DNA of 64,000 bases from Carcharhinus amblyrhynchos (taxonomy: Eukaryota). Shown piece by piece: positions 1 through 12,560 of the stretch. Location of the stretch: NCBI GenBank assembly GCA_965287045.1, contig OZ336885.1, positions 38,316,001 through 38,380,000 on the forward strand, written 5' to 3'. The notes beneath the pieces were generated by a model. That model had not been told where the DNA came from and did no database searches. It saw nothing but the letters and a program-made list of their open reading frames with translations. The translations under genes were made by a program, and so were the position numbers. Within the stretch, counting starts at the first letter, position 1, and the number at the start of each line of letters is the position of its first letter.

Positions 1-825
1 TGGTGCTTGGTGTCCTCCAGTGAATTGATCCTTTATTAGAAATAAGGCTTGAACTTCAACTTTTTACAATTGATTCGAATGCAAAACTGGAGACACCAGA
101 AAGGGAGTGGTAAGAGCAATGGCTTCCCCTGTTTTAAGAAATTTCGATATTGTATTTTCATCTGATTTGCAGATTGTCCTAATGCTACTAGTTAATTTGA
201 GGTAGTGTCCAGAAAATGTTACATTCTGATTGTTATACTGGGAAAGGGGTCTGTTCTGGTAGTAGCCTGCAGTGAAACATTGGGCTCAGCCTTGCAGTCA
301 GTGGCATAAGCATTCATTATACTTGCATAACTTGCTGTGATTAGGAAGTTCTATAGGAGATCTTGGATCTCTGAATGGATCATCTCAAGTCAGATTGAAT
401 CAATTATTAATGAGCAATGCAGAATCTGAACCAGGAAATTAAGAATAGTTATCAGAGATACGAATAGAGTTAAAAGACAATTGAAGTAAAAATCTAGCAG
501 TAACTAAAAGTGGATAGAATGAGACCCCATGACTGGTATCCAGGTCATCTGAGTTTGGATGCAGATGCATGTTTGGAGGCTTGAAAGATGTGTGCACAGT
601 AATTGGCCAGGAAGCTCAAACTTCTGATGGGTTGATTTCTGCTGCGCAAGACCCTCTGCAAAAACTTGCCTGGATACTGGTGTTGGAATATGTGGTCTAA
701 CTCCCAAGATTAGCTGATGTAACTGAACTGAAGACCATAACTGCTCCTGCCTCACCCACTCAACAAAAGTGTTATAACGCAAACTGATGATCATGATCCG
801 CACAAGGCCATGTTAGAACAGATAA

Positions 826-1072
826 CTTTATCATTAGTCACAATTAGGCTTGCATTAACACTGTAATGAAGTAACTGAAAATATGGCACCTGTTTGGATA
901 CTCTGAGGGAGAATTTAGCATAACCAATGCACCTAACCAGGACTGTGGGAGGAAACCAGAACATCCAGCAGAAACTCACGCAGACAAGGAGAACATGTCG
1001 ATTCTGCACGGTGACCCAAGCTGGGAATTGAACCTGGGACTCTGGTGCTGTGAGGCAGAAGTGCTAAGCACA
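826..1072 (-). mobile_element. tRNA-derived V-SINE (HE1-like), tail type B
   Basis: Reverse complement shows a tRNA-like head (B box ggttcaattcc), V-domain (gtttcctcccacagtcc) and tail cagtgttaatgcaagcct. Confidence 0.85.
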
Positions 1073-1079
1073 GTTTAAG

Positions 1080-1500
1080 TATCTGAAGGGATGGAAAAAT
1101 ATAGGGTTGGAATTCAAAAGCTTGGCAGCTAAGGGAACCATTGATGGAGCAATTAAAATAAGGGATATTCAAGAAATCAGAATTTTCTTGGTAGTGGAGG
1201 AACTTGCAGAGATGAGAGCAAAGTCAAGGAGGGATTTTAAAATCCCTTGAGTTTTGGGCATTGCTCAACTGCAAGCCAATATAGGTCAGTGAGGATAAAA
1301 ATGATAGGAACGTGGGACTTTGCAAGATAAGCCACAAGCAGCATACTTTTGGATGACCTCCAATCTCTAGGGGTAGAATGTGGGAAGTCATCCTGGAGTG
1401 CTTGGAGGAGTTGGTCTAGAAGTAACCAAGGTACAGTATTGTCAGCAGACAAACAAAGGCAGAGATGGAGTCAGATCATTACTGAGGAGGCACTAGGTCT
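1080..1500 (-). mobile_element. Degraded L2/CR1-group LINE fragment
   Basis: Purine-rich decayed LINE-like sequence similar to 38300-38640; no intact ORF. Confidence 0.4.
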
Positions 1501-2234
1501 AAGTTCTTGTTTTAATGGTGCAGGTGTGTGGCTGGAAGCACACTTTTGGAATCCTATTTGGTAACAAAGTTGCAAACAGTCTGCTCCACTCCTGTGAATA
1601 TTGCTTGAGGAGGATGAAGTTGGGACAGATTTGTAGTGGATAGTGGCAACTCTGACAGCAGCCTCATAATTTCCAGGTTTATCTATCTGTATTGTTGCTG
1701 AAAGTTGCCAAAGGATTTCCACTTGAGTAACTTTTAGCACTGATGGGCTAACCACTCTTTCCATGGTAAAATAAAGGCTGAATGAGTGCAAAGGAAAAAT
1801 GGAGGCAGATACCTAGGTCTCTCATTTAATAGAAACAGATGTGCACAGAAGTGAATGTTTACTAGGTTTTAAACTGGAGCGCTTTCAATAAAGCCTGCCA
1901 AAGAGTAGCTTCCTTTGGATTTTCAATTTTTTATTGTCCTTTTGTCACTGACATTTGCAGTGCAAAACATCTTATGCACATTTGTGTAGAGTATCTTTTA
2001 TCATGAATTTAGAACTGTATTTTCTATTCAGTTATTTTTGGCACCAACATATAATGTTTAATCTAGTTTTGTGTATTAATGAGTGAAATGGTGACATTTT
2101 TAATCTTGTGTTGAATACTGTGTATTCTACTTTCAGCAATTGAAACCCTGCATCTGTAAGTACAAGGACACAAGAAAAACAAGCTTTTGAGATTGGGATT
2201 GAAATTCTAAAGCTTTGCTGTTTCAAATAATGTG

Positions 2235-4002
2235 ATGAGAATTCAATATCAAGACAACCAAGAAAGAACATCTGAAGAGCTTATGCCTTGGTTTTCTGAT
2301 CAGCCTCCTCATGAATTTGTGATGAAATCTTCTGAGAGCACCGTAATGCAAACAACTGAGGATGTCCAAGATGATGTGAATTTGACACTTGGTGATGCAA
2401 GAAATTCTATTGAACATCATTGTCCAATTTGTGATCAATGCTTTTCTTTTGGTAGTCTTTTAACACAACACATGCGCATGCACGCCAATGAAAAGCGTCC
2501 ATTTTGTGACCATAGAACTTCCCAGAAAGCAAATTTGAAAGTTCATCTTCAAAAGCACAAGGTAGACCATTTGCAGCAAGGTAGAAAAACCGGAAGAAAT
2601 AAGGCTAATCTGTCATCTGCGAGCTTTGAAATCCCAAAAACTTTGCCGAATAGTATCTGTTCAAATGACACTGAAATGAATGAGACTGATTCAATAAATG
2701 GTGTTGCATTGTTCCTGGATGATTTGGAAGGAAGTATTGCAGCCCAAGCTGAAGAATGTCCACCTCTCCCTTGCATGTTTTGTAATAAGGTTTTTCGACA
2801 CTCTGAAGAACTCCGTCACCATGTAGTGATACAGCACCGGCCCACATTATGCGAGCCTGCCGTTCTCCGTGTGGAGGAGGGGTTGAGTCCTATTGTTGAG
2901 GCCCACGTTACAGTAAGCTCTCCAGAACAGGAGGCAAATGATGAAGATGACGGTGAACTCAGCTGCAAAGTGTGTGGACTGACCTGTGAGAGTGCTTTGA
3001 GTTTGGAGACGCACATGAGGAAGCACAAGGATTCATTTACCTATGGTTGTAATGTATGTGGACGACGGTTTAAGGAACCCTGGTTTCTGAAAAACCACAT
3101 GCGAACACATTTGAGTAAAGCTAGGGGAAAATCTCAGCAGGATTTGGAAGGTCCTGCAACCATCAACAACGTTGCGACGCAGGAATCGCTTTCAGGAAAT
3201 GTTGTGTCTCCTTATAAAATGTGCATGATCTGTGGATTTCTTTTCCCAAATAAAGACAGCTTGAAGGAACATAATAAAGTTCACAGTAAGGATCTGCCTG
3301 ATGATGATAGAATGGATGATTACTATTTAAATCCGGAAGTTGCAACATCACAGGAAACATTCCTGCAAATGCTAAATTTAAGCCCCCTCTTGTCACCAAA
3401 TTGTAAATCCGTGAAGTTGGGCAAATGGATACCCGAACTTGATCCTTTCAATACGTACCAAGCTTGGCAGCTGGCCACTAAGGGGAAGGTGGCAGTTGGC
3501 CGAGAGAATGTGAAAGATCCAGGGCAAATAGCAAACTCTGAGAATGAAGAGGAGCCCTCTGACAAAGAGGATTCCAGTGAACATTGGACCACCGATAAAG
3601 GCAGTAATGGTCCTACCTTGGAGAACCTTGAAAAACCTAAAATCAAGAACAGCAATATAGGCCAGAATGGACCACCTGCTCTGGGCGATGTCGAAATTGA
3701 CCCCAAGTTAACCCAGAATAAACTTAAACCCACCGACTGCACAACAAAACTTAAACCGACTGACTGCACGATGTGTGGTAAGATTTTTAGAACCTACCAT
3801 CAGTTAGTACTCCACTCCAGAGTACACCGGAAAGGCAGGAAAAGTGTGGAGAATCCTCCAGTTTCAGCAGATGGGGAAGCTGGCACTCAATCTATAGATT
3901 CTGTTACGGCAATTGAAGACCACAGCCCAGGAACTGACAAACCTGAGGAGGGTTCTGAAGAGGGCTCAGAAGATGGAGTACTAGGAGAAGGACTTTCATC
4001 AG
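2235..4002 (+). CDS. ZNF217: ZNF217 coding exon 1 (N-terminal extra ZF pair plus ZF1-ZF5)
   Basis: First ATG at 2235 after an in-frame TAA at 2208. Contains the ZNF217 signature peptides QHRPTLCEPAVLRVE, HKDSFTYGCNVCGRRFKEPWFLKNHMRTH, LDPFNTYQAWQLATKGKVA and FRTYHQLVLHSRVH. Phase-1 donor TCAG|GTAGGA at 4002/4003. Candidate upstream acceptors at 2031 or 2136. Confidence 0.95.
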
Positions 4003-5139
4003 GTAGGAAAATATGAAACTATTTGGATGCTTGGGTTTAATGCTCTAAGTGCTTGTTGATTACCATTTTTCAAAATTGTAAAGTCCCCCTTTTTTTGTCT
4101 TGAATAAGAATCTGTGTGGAAAAACTCTGCCACTGAATCTGTTAGATAAAGCCAAAATTTTAGGTGATCCTGTAGTCCAATGCAGTAACGTTTCAAAAAT
4201 GGAGTAGTCTTGCCAAATTCTAAGACTTTTCTTAAAAAAAAACTGAAGAATTAGTTTTAATTACTACCCATCATCTCAAAACATTAATTGGGGAGAATCC
4301 AAATTCACGTTTTAATAAGAAACTATGTTGTGACATTTTAAGTTGTAATTGAATCAAGTGAGCTTATTGAGCTAAAATACTTGAGACTCCTTTTTGCTTA
4401 TTTATTGCTCTTCATTCTAAGTTTACACCACAGGGAATTGCAGTAGAACATATTGTCATAAAATTGTTATAATAGTGTTCAAATGAAACACATTATTGAT
4501 TTACTGATAAAGTATTCTAATATCTGTAAATAATTAAAACCAGCTTTGTGTTTTAAGAATCTCATCCTGTATTCCAATACACATTTTAATTCTTTTCCAC
4601 GTCTGCGGAAGAGTCCAAGCCATTCGCGTCAAATCCATTGCGGGATTTGATCAAACGTGTAATGAATCTGAAACTAAATATGTTTGGTCCTGCGAAAATT
4701 GCTTCCATAGGTGACGAGGAAAGGCAAAAAACACTTAATATTCACAGCAGTTGCCAACTGTTTTTGAGCTATACTAGGAAATAGTTCAATGCAACAACAC
4801 TTTTTATTAAAGAATGGATTCCTGCTGCTAATGTTTAATGCCATTTTTAATGCATTTCAATTCAAAACTTGAATTAAAGTGTAATGTTCTTCTGATGCCT
4901 TGTAATGTAAAAGTGCTTGAAATGGTGTTGCCTCTTTCTGCTGTAAGCATGCTACAGATACATCTAGAGATGAGCAAGTGGAACTCCTCCACTGCACAGA
5001 CTTGATTTTATAGATTTAAAACTCAGCAATACCAAATGTGAAGATTAAATTAACTTCCAAAAAGTTTACGGGCATGTAATTGGAGTAGCTTGCAACTATT
5101 GCTTTTAATTGATAGAAGCATCTTTTCTTCTAGGGCAAA

Positions 5140-5950
5140 TTCCCCAAACCCTACACAACAGGAGGAAGGAATCCCTCCTCCCCACAGGTGCTATTTAGAG
5201 ATTAGGCTATTTGCTCACTTGATTTCTTCTGGCTGCTGCTTTGATGCCTCAAGTGTCTGCTGCTTTCTATTGCTGTTTCAAGTTACATACATCTCCAGGA
5301 AGTGGTGAGGCAGGTGCTGAAGGAGATTTTAACGGACTTCTGCACGAATCAGTTGTTCCCATACTTGGAGGCACCAATTGACTAGTGGCTGTGCAGAGCA
5401 AGTCATGTCACTCAAAGCAGGAGGAGGGCAGCTCTCAACAGGATCATTTCTCTTCCCAGAGTTCAGGATGCCAATTTCTAATCTAAAATGTCACACTTGA
5501 GTGAAGAGGTCTGCCCTGAAATGTATCACTTGCTGCAACCACACATGCAACCTTGAAGCAGGGCAGGTCAAAGGTGGCATTGCCAGTGGCTGTCAAGGTG
5601 TCTCCTGGCAATGAGCTTTAATACATCTGGCTCCTCCCAGCTCTATTTCCAATATCTGTAATTTTCCAAAAGGTCACTGCTACTCTCTTCAAAGAATACA
5701 AACTATGTTTCAGTCTCTTGCCAGCACTCAGCAGGTGGAGCACGCATGACTTTCTAGGATTGCAGGATTCACCATGATGCAGGTTGTCGTTGGCATGTAT
5801 GTCAACTATTTTGCTCTTCTAGGAGCTGAGGGGGATTCTCCTTCCTGAATGTCCAGCTATTTGAACCCATATGTAGCACACGTAGGTCAGTATCCAATAG
5901 TATCCTGTTGTCTTCTCTCTGGCAGTCTACTTTGTTAGCTGCATTTGAGC
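5140..5950 (+). mobile_element. Decayed PIF/Harbinger transposase remnant
   Basis: Fragments translate MSHLSEEVC, ALPVAVKV and AGFTMMQVVVG, resembling the Harbinger/HARBI1-type motifs ALPVAVKV...SGSFQ and AGFPxVQGAID. Frameshifted. Confidence 0.5.
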
Positions 5951-6664
5951 AATCACAACTCATTGCTCAGTTGCCACCCTGCCAGCTATAGGCCAGGTTC
6001 ATTGTGTAGCGTGCAGTAAAGTAGACCATTAGTGTGCAAAAATGCTTCTACTGCCTAGGCTGCTCTGAAAAGTCTGATACTTTGCAGTGTAACTGAAGAA
6101 TTATGGCCGTCTACTGTTACGTTGCCCAAAATCCCCATTGATGTGAGCCCTGATCAACAGCTATATGGTGAGCAGTTGAGCATGAGGGAGAGGAGGCAAC
6201 TTAATCAGCGACTTTGGCCAAGCTGTTCACGAAAAGCTTACTCAAGTGATATCAATAACCATAATCATAGAATCATACAGCACAGTAGAGGACCTTCAGC
6301 CCATTGAGTCCTTACCAATACTTAGAAACACTTGAACTTCCGCCTAATCCTAACTTGGTCCATAGATCTGAATGTTATGATGTGCCAAGTGCTCATCCAC
6401 TTCCTTTTAAAGGATGAGGCAACCCACATCTACCACTGCCTGAGGCAGTGCTTTCCAGACCATAATCACCCTCTGGATAAAAATGTTTTCCCTCACATCC
6501 ATGCTGGCTCCCTTCTCCCTAAAACCTCCTGCCTCTTACCTTGAACCTATCCCCCCTCGTGACTGCCCTAAACTAAGGGGGACAACTGCTCCTATGTCCC
6601 TCATAATTTTGTATGCCTTGATCAGGTTGCCTCTCAGTCTTTTCTGCTCCAACAAAACCAAGTC

Positions 6665-6890
6665 ATGATGTGCAGATGCTGGTGTTGGACTGGGGTAAAC
6701 ACAGTAAGAAGTCTCTCAACACCAGGTTAAAGTCCAACATTTTATTTGGTAGCAAACACCACTAGCTTTCAGGGCTCTGCCCATTTTGTCTGGCGAGCTC
6801 ACCTGATGAAGGGGCAGAGCCCTGAAAGCTAATGGTGTTTGCTACCAAATAAACTGTTGGACTTTAACCTGGTCTTGTAAGAGGTCTCAA
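6665..6890. mobile_element. Penelope-like element terminus arranged as a head-to-head palindrome
   Basis: Inverted arms (accaggttaaagtccaaca / tgttggactttaacctggt) centred on GAGCTC 6795-6800. Same sequence as the termini of the GIY-YIG element at 35.5-36.9 kb. Confidence 0.85.
6800..6834 (+). ncRNA. Minimal type-I hammerhead ribozyme motif (Penelope-associated)
   Basis: CAC-CTGATGA-(aggggcagagccct stem II)-GAAA-GCTA: core boxes intact, helix III reduced to the palindrome AGCT. Confidence 0.65.
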
Positions 6891-9800
6891 TGAAAACAAC
6901 CCAAGCCTACCTGACCTCTCTTCGTAACTTAAATGTTCCAGCCCAGGCAGCATCCTGGTGAATCTCCTCTGCACCTCCTCCAGTGTAATCACAACCTTCC
7001 TTGTAATGTGGCGACCAGGCCTACACACTGTATTCTATTAGCAAATTTCTATACAACTTCAGCATGACTTCCTGGTTTTGTAATCTATGTCTCAACTGAT
7101 AAAGGCAAGTGTCCCATTGGTCTTTTTAAACATCTACTAATGTATCCTTCCCCCTTTGGGGATCTGTGGACAAACACACTAAGAATCATAGAATCCCTAC
7201 AGTGCAGAAGGAAGCTATTTGGCCCATTGGCGCCTGCACCGACCACAATCTCACCTAGGCCCTATCCATGTAACCTTATGTATTTACTCTAGTACCATTC
7301 ACTGAATGTCAAATTAATCCTTCCAAAGTGTCTCCTCACACTACTTAGGGTTAAGTTTTGACCATTTGGTCTATATCTTGTAGCCCAAGACCCTCTACCT
7401 CATTGTTAACCACCCAGTCAATCTGTTATCCCCAAATTTGCTAATTCTACACCCACGTACTCATATGTCATCTATATAAAGACAAATAATAGGGGTCCAG
7501 AACATCACTGGACTCTGGCTTCCCAGTCACTAAAGCAGCCTCTGTCATCACCCTCTGTCTCTTACAACGGAGTCAATTTTGAGTCCACTTTATCAAACTA
7601 CCCTGAATCCCATGTGCATTTACCTTCTTTACAAGTCTGCTCTTTGGGAACTTTTCAAAGGCTTTGCTGAAATCCATATCAGCTACATTGACTGCACTAC
7701 CCTCAATTACATATCTGGTCACTCTTTAAAAATTTCAATCAAATTTATTAGGCATGACTTCCCTCTGAAGCCATGCTGTCTACCCTTGAACAAGCTTTGC
7801 CTCCCAGTGGCGATAGATGCTCTCCTCCTGAATGTTCTCCAATAGTTTCCCTGCCACTGACGTGAGACTCACTTGTCTATAGTTCCATGGTTTATCTCTA
7901 CAACGTTTCTTAAATAGCAGAACCAGCATTCCCAGTTTTTTATTCACATCTCAACTTGTCTTTGCCACTGACCATCACAATATTGGCTTGGCCACAGTGC
8001 AAAAATAAAAGCGAGCACAAAATAAACATTCCAAAGCAAATTTATGAATTAAAACTATGCCATACAAAAATTGATAATCAACCTCGTTTGTACTTTTTAA
8101 AATCTTTTATGTTACTATGCATAATGGGCCTGCTGGTGGTTGCATGGCTGATGGGAGGTTGCTGATTTTTTGGTGGAAGTCTGCTCATTGCCCAGTAGCT
8201 GTCTCCATGGGTATAAGGATATATACTTTGGGTTACTTTGGTTATACACCATCTTTTCATAAGGGGAGTTGTGCAGTCCATGCTGACATGTTTGAGTAGC
8301 TGGTGACATTTTGGCTACAAAGCTTGCAGTAGTAGTAGTAGTACTTATTGTGGCATTGTGTGGTGAAGCACGTGAATTTTAAAATATAGGTTGTAATTGA
8401 TAGGGATTGTTAGTGGGTGAGTGAAAGTGTGATGGTGGTGATTTCACCAAAATCTGAAGCTAGTGGTCTAGTTGGTAGGGTATGGCATTTAACAATGGCT
8501 TCACTGCCCCACTAGTGATGCTAAACAAGACATTTCAGCAAAGTGGTCCCTCCTGCTTTTTGCTATCTTGACCAAATCCTCTTTGTGTCAAAACCTTGAG
8601 GCCGCTGTGCCCTATATCTCTCAAACTATTTCTCTGGTGAGATTCATATCCAGCCACAATGCAACTCGTATTTTGAACAGTTTTAGCCATTCGTGCTATA
8701 GATGATGCTGCCGCCGCCACCACCACCGGTCTGCAGTTGTTGGTATGGTGCATTGATTATTTTGTTTGTTATCTCATTAAATTGGTAGAATGTCTGATGC
8801 AGATAGGTTTGCTATGTGGCACATATGGAAAAACACTTTTGAATATCTGATTTCAGTAGTGCAAGAAGTCTTTTATAACTGGTTGTTTTCATCTCTTGCC
8901 AGTGAGAGAATAATCTCACTTCACAATGGAAGTTGTGGTGTAATTGAGATACTTCTGGTTGAAGGGCTACTGTACAAACTGCTGTGCTTAACATGAAAAT
9001 AGTTTTGAAGCTGGAAGCTCATTATGGTCACGTGGCAGCAATCAGTTGGATGAAATGTGATCGCCTCCCCATGCGCTGTGCGGTACCTCCTTTTTAAAAA
9101 AAATCCTGCTTGACAATGATGAACAGTACAACGACTTTCAAGCTGGACAAGGACCCTCTTGTTTCATGTGGATATAGATCAGATAGTTCTGCATTTAATG
9201 TACAAGGGCTAGAAATGTCTTGCTCTAGTGGGGCAGTGAAAGGGTTGAAATTAATTTTTGATCAGCGGTTTTGAGTTTGCAACTGACTTTTTTTTGCAAT
9301 GACAAATTAAAATGGCCAGTACATGTGCAGACATTCACATCAAATCCTTGACTCCAAAAGCAATATTTTTTGGGTTCAGTTTACTACTGAGAATGATGCT
9401 CTGTTTTAATATCTTTCGAATGTTCTGAAGGTGGAATAGTGTAAACCATTGTTCTCTCCAGGAATGACAATTTAAAGATGCGCACCCTGGGATTTTTAAA
9501 ATGTATTGGTGTATGTACTCCTGTCTCTTCGAAGGCAGCAACGTTTTCCTTAACTTGCAGACCATTGATGCTACAAGGCATTCGATCAAATAGATTTTCA
9601 GGATTCAGCCAGAAGCATCTTTGACTCATTCTTTTTAACTTGGACAACAAGCTAGTTATTATTACATATCAGTTCAGATATTACAGTAGGATTGCACCAT
9701 CTAGTGCTCTGCTATTTTATTACAGTAAAAACATTCTCCATTTTACTAAATTACTGATGCCTTAGAAATGCAAGTGACATTGCAGTTTGATAAAATGACC

Positions 9801-11327
9801 TTCAACTGAATAAAAGTCTGGTTATGACTAATCACTGTGTACTATTGTGAATAGGCTAATCTGAAGTTCACATTAGCATATGTAGGGTTGTGAAGAATTA
9901 CATATACAGTGGGGGGGGGTGGAAATTGGAGGAAAATGACCATATTTAACACAAATCGCACTATTCCATCTTCCTTTTTATCACGTTATCCCCTGTAAAA
10001 TTAAACTTAAACTTTAAGTTATTTTAAGGCCCTCCTTGGTTCTTTGAAACTTCATCTTAGTCCCTCCACCACTCACCTTCCCCATGCCTCACTTATGCAA
10101 ACTTATGCCCTCCACATCCAGGTGCTCCCCACTAATTTGAAAAAAAAAATCGATTTTAAGTATCCAGATCAATCTTCACCCTCATTGGGTTCTTGTCATT
10201 TGTGTACTAACCTTAGGATTGTTATATACTATACTAAGTATATAGTATGTAACTATTATATATATATATAGTTTTTGCTTTCACCTTACAAATAGCTGAG
10301 AAGTTATGTGCATGTGCAATATTATATATATTGTGTGCACGTTTGGAATTGGTCCAAGATGGTGTCCATATCATATTCCATTACTTTGTTCCTTTATCTA
10401 AACTTTCAATAACTTTATTTTTGAAAGTTTAATATTTGTTTAATTTACTGACAAAATGCCCTTTTAGTATGGCTTTTATTGAAGATTAAGGCTTTGAGTA
10501 ATCATTCTCTATATTTTAACATGTTAGTAAATAGCATACAATGGTGTTTAAGATCAGTTAATATACCTGATGATGACGACGACGTAAGTTGAGGAAGCTG
10601 CTTCTAAATTAACCACATGGCCATCCTGTGGCCACAGCCTGCAACTGCATCATGGGAATTAACATGGAAAATTTTTGAATGGGTTTGTTTTCATTTTTGA
10701 AAGATGGGTGTTTACCCACCCTCTAGTTGCCACTGTGACAATGGATAACCTCGAGCCCCAGAAATTTACAATGGTAAATGTCAGTTCTAGGGTTCGACTC
10801 CTATATTGCTGTATTTGCTGATGTGTGTACGCATATTTCAGTTTTTCCATTAATGAACATTGGATAGCATTCTTCAGCAACACTTCTGGCTCTCCAAGTA
10901 TCAAGATTAAAAAAAAACAATGCTGTATTCCTAAAGTTAACATTCAAATTTCCAAATACATCCATGTCAATGGGTGCATTCCACTTCTTTGGTGTGGAGG
11001 AAGGAAAGGTAACAAAAAAAATCTTTTGAATAGTTAACTGGCTTCATAGTCAGCAGTTAACTTGACAGCTTGCCTCTGAATTTGGTTGTTACCTATTGCT
11101 TTTATACTCTGTATTCATACTTTGCAAACTTTTGCATTATTATACTTACTAATATTAAGGATATAAATGCAAATTTTCGTGCAACCCATTTTCAAAAGAT
11201 TTCTGCCACCCTGTTAATAATAAATGTGTAATTTTGAAGTGTTTTCATTGCATATAATTAGTAAAAGTTCGTCCTTTTGGATTAGTGCAACATTTTCAAA
11301 GAAAATTGTCAGATGAAAATAGTTTAA

Positions 11328-11540
<213 letters not shown>

Positions 11541-12149
11541 TAATGTTGCTGCAGACTTCATTGCCACTTATTACAAAGGCATAGATTAAAAACAGGTTGA
11601 ACTTTGTGGATTGGGACCACAAAGAACATCAGTATGTTATTTTGAGTGGGAATGGGCCTTTGGATGGATTTTGCTTCATGACTCAGAGTCCATTTATTCT
11701 ATCATGTTTATCTCCCCTCGCCGGTAAGAACGTGCCCTAATTTAAGGAAGAGCGTTCTTTCCAGCCTTATTCTACCTTTCATAGAAGGGAAGTTCTGAAA
11801 AATGCTGGATGCTAATGGGTTGACCTATGAAATTAGTTTACTGCCATGCTCAGCAATTGCTTGGGGTCTAATTAATAAATTCTGATTTTGATTATTTTGC
11901 AATTCTAATCCTATTTTTCATTTACAGTTTGCCTGTGGCTGTGCTAAAATGCTTTAATATATCTTCTCAATAAAGGGAGACAAATAACTATCTAAATATC
12001 CGTTGATCCTACTTTTCTGGAACTCTGCCTCGCACGTGCTGTCCTATTGAAGGAAACTTACTTGACCTTGTTCAAAACTTTGTGAATCTTGTACTCCTGT
12101 CTTTTTTTCTCAGTTTCCCCTCAGTTCTGTATTTTAAAGTCATTTGCAT

Positions 12150-12560
12150 GTCTTTTATTTTGCTGTGTATATAAGCTTTTTCTGCTGACTTCAGTCCCTA
12201 AGGCCTGAATAATGCTGAGCTGTTTTGAGTTCTTGACATATGTTTTCTTTTAACTGTGGTGACCAGAACTACATGGCATATTCCATGATTATGCCATTTC
12301 AATACCCTTCATCCAATGCCCAGTTTGTTTTCCGCTGACTAGTGTGTTATATATTACTCCCAAATCCTTTGTTTGGCCTCTACCAGTAGAATGGCAAAAT
12401 CAAATCCCTCCATCTTTGTGTGCACTTACTGTTTGATCTCGTAATTCATTACTATTATCCAGATGAAAATCCATCAGCCTATCTACTTAAATCTTTCTGA
12501 AAATAATCAAAAGACTCATTAATTTTTGATCATAGACTGACTGCCCATTCTACTCGTAAC
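12150..12560 (-). mobile_element. Old CR1-like fragment
   Basis: tgtggtgaccagaactaca (reverse of the conserved YCVQFWSP-type region) plus further decayed RT sequence. Confidence 0.45.

Larger units (their letters stand above)
6262..7930 (-). mobile_element. CR1-clade LINE 3' portion, interrupted by a Penelope palindrome (6665-6890) and a SINE tail (7183-7290)
   Basis: catagaat tail repeats at 6262. Reverse strand encodes RT-like VDVAD(M)DFSKAFEKFP near 7650-7700. Confidence 0.75.

Noticed and set aside
3323-3769. 148-aa antisense ORF
   Set aside because: Shadow of the ZNF217 coding strand with no independent homology.
4003-4016. ORF ends GRKI* here (and GRCAF...* at 17545-17591), suggesting two separate genes
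   Set aside because: Read-through past splice donors; both ORFs are exons of one gene.
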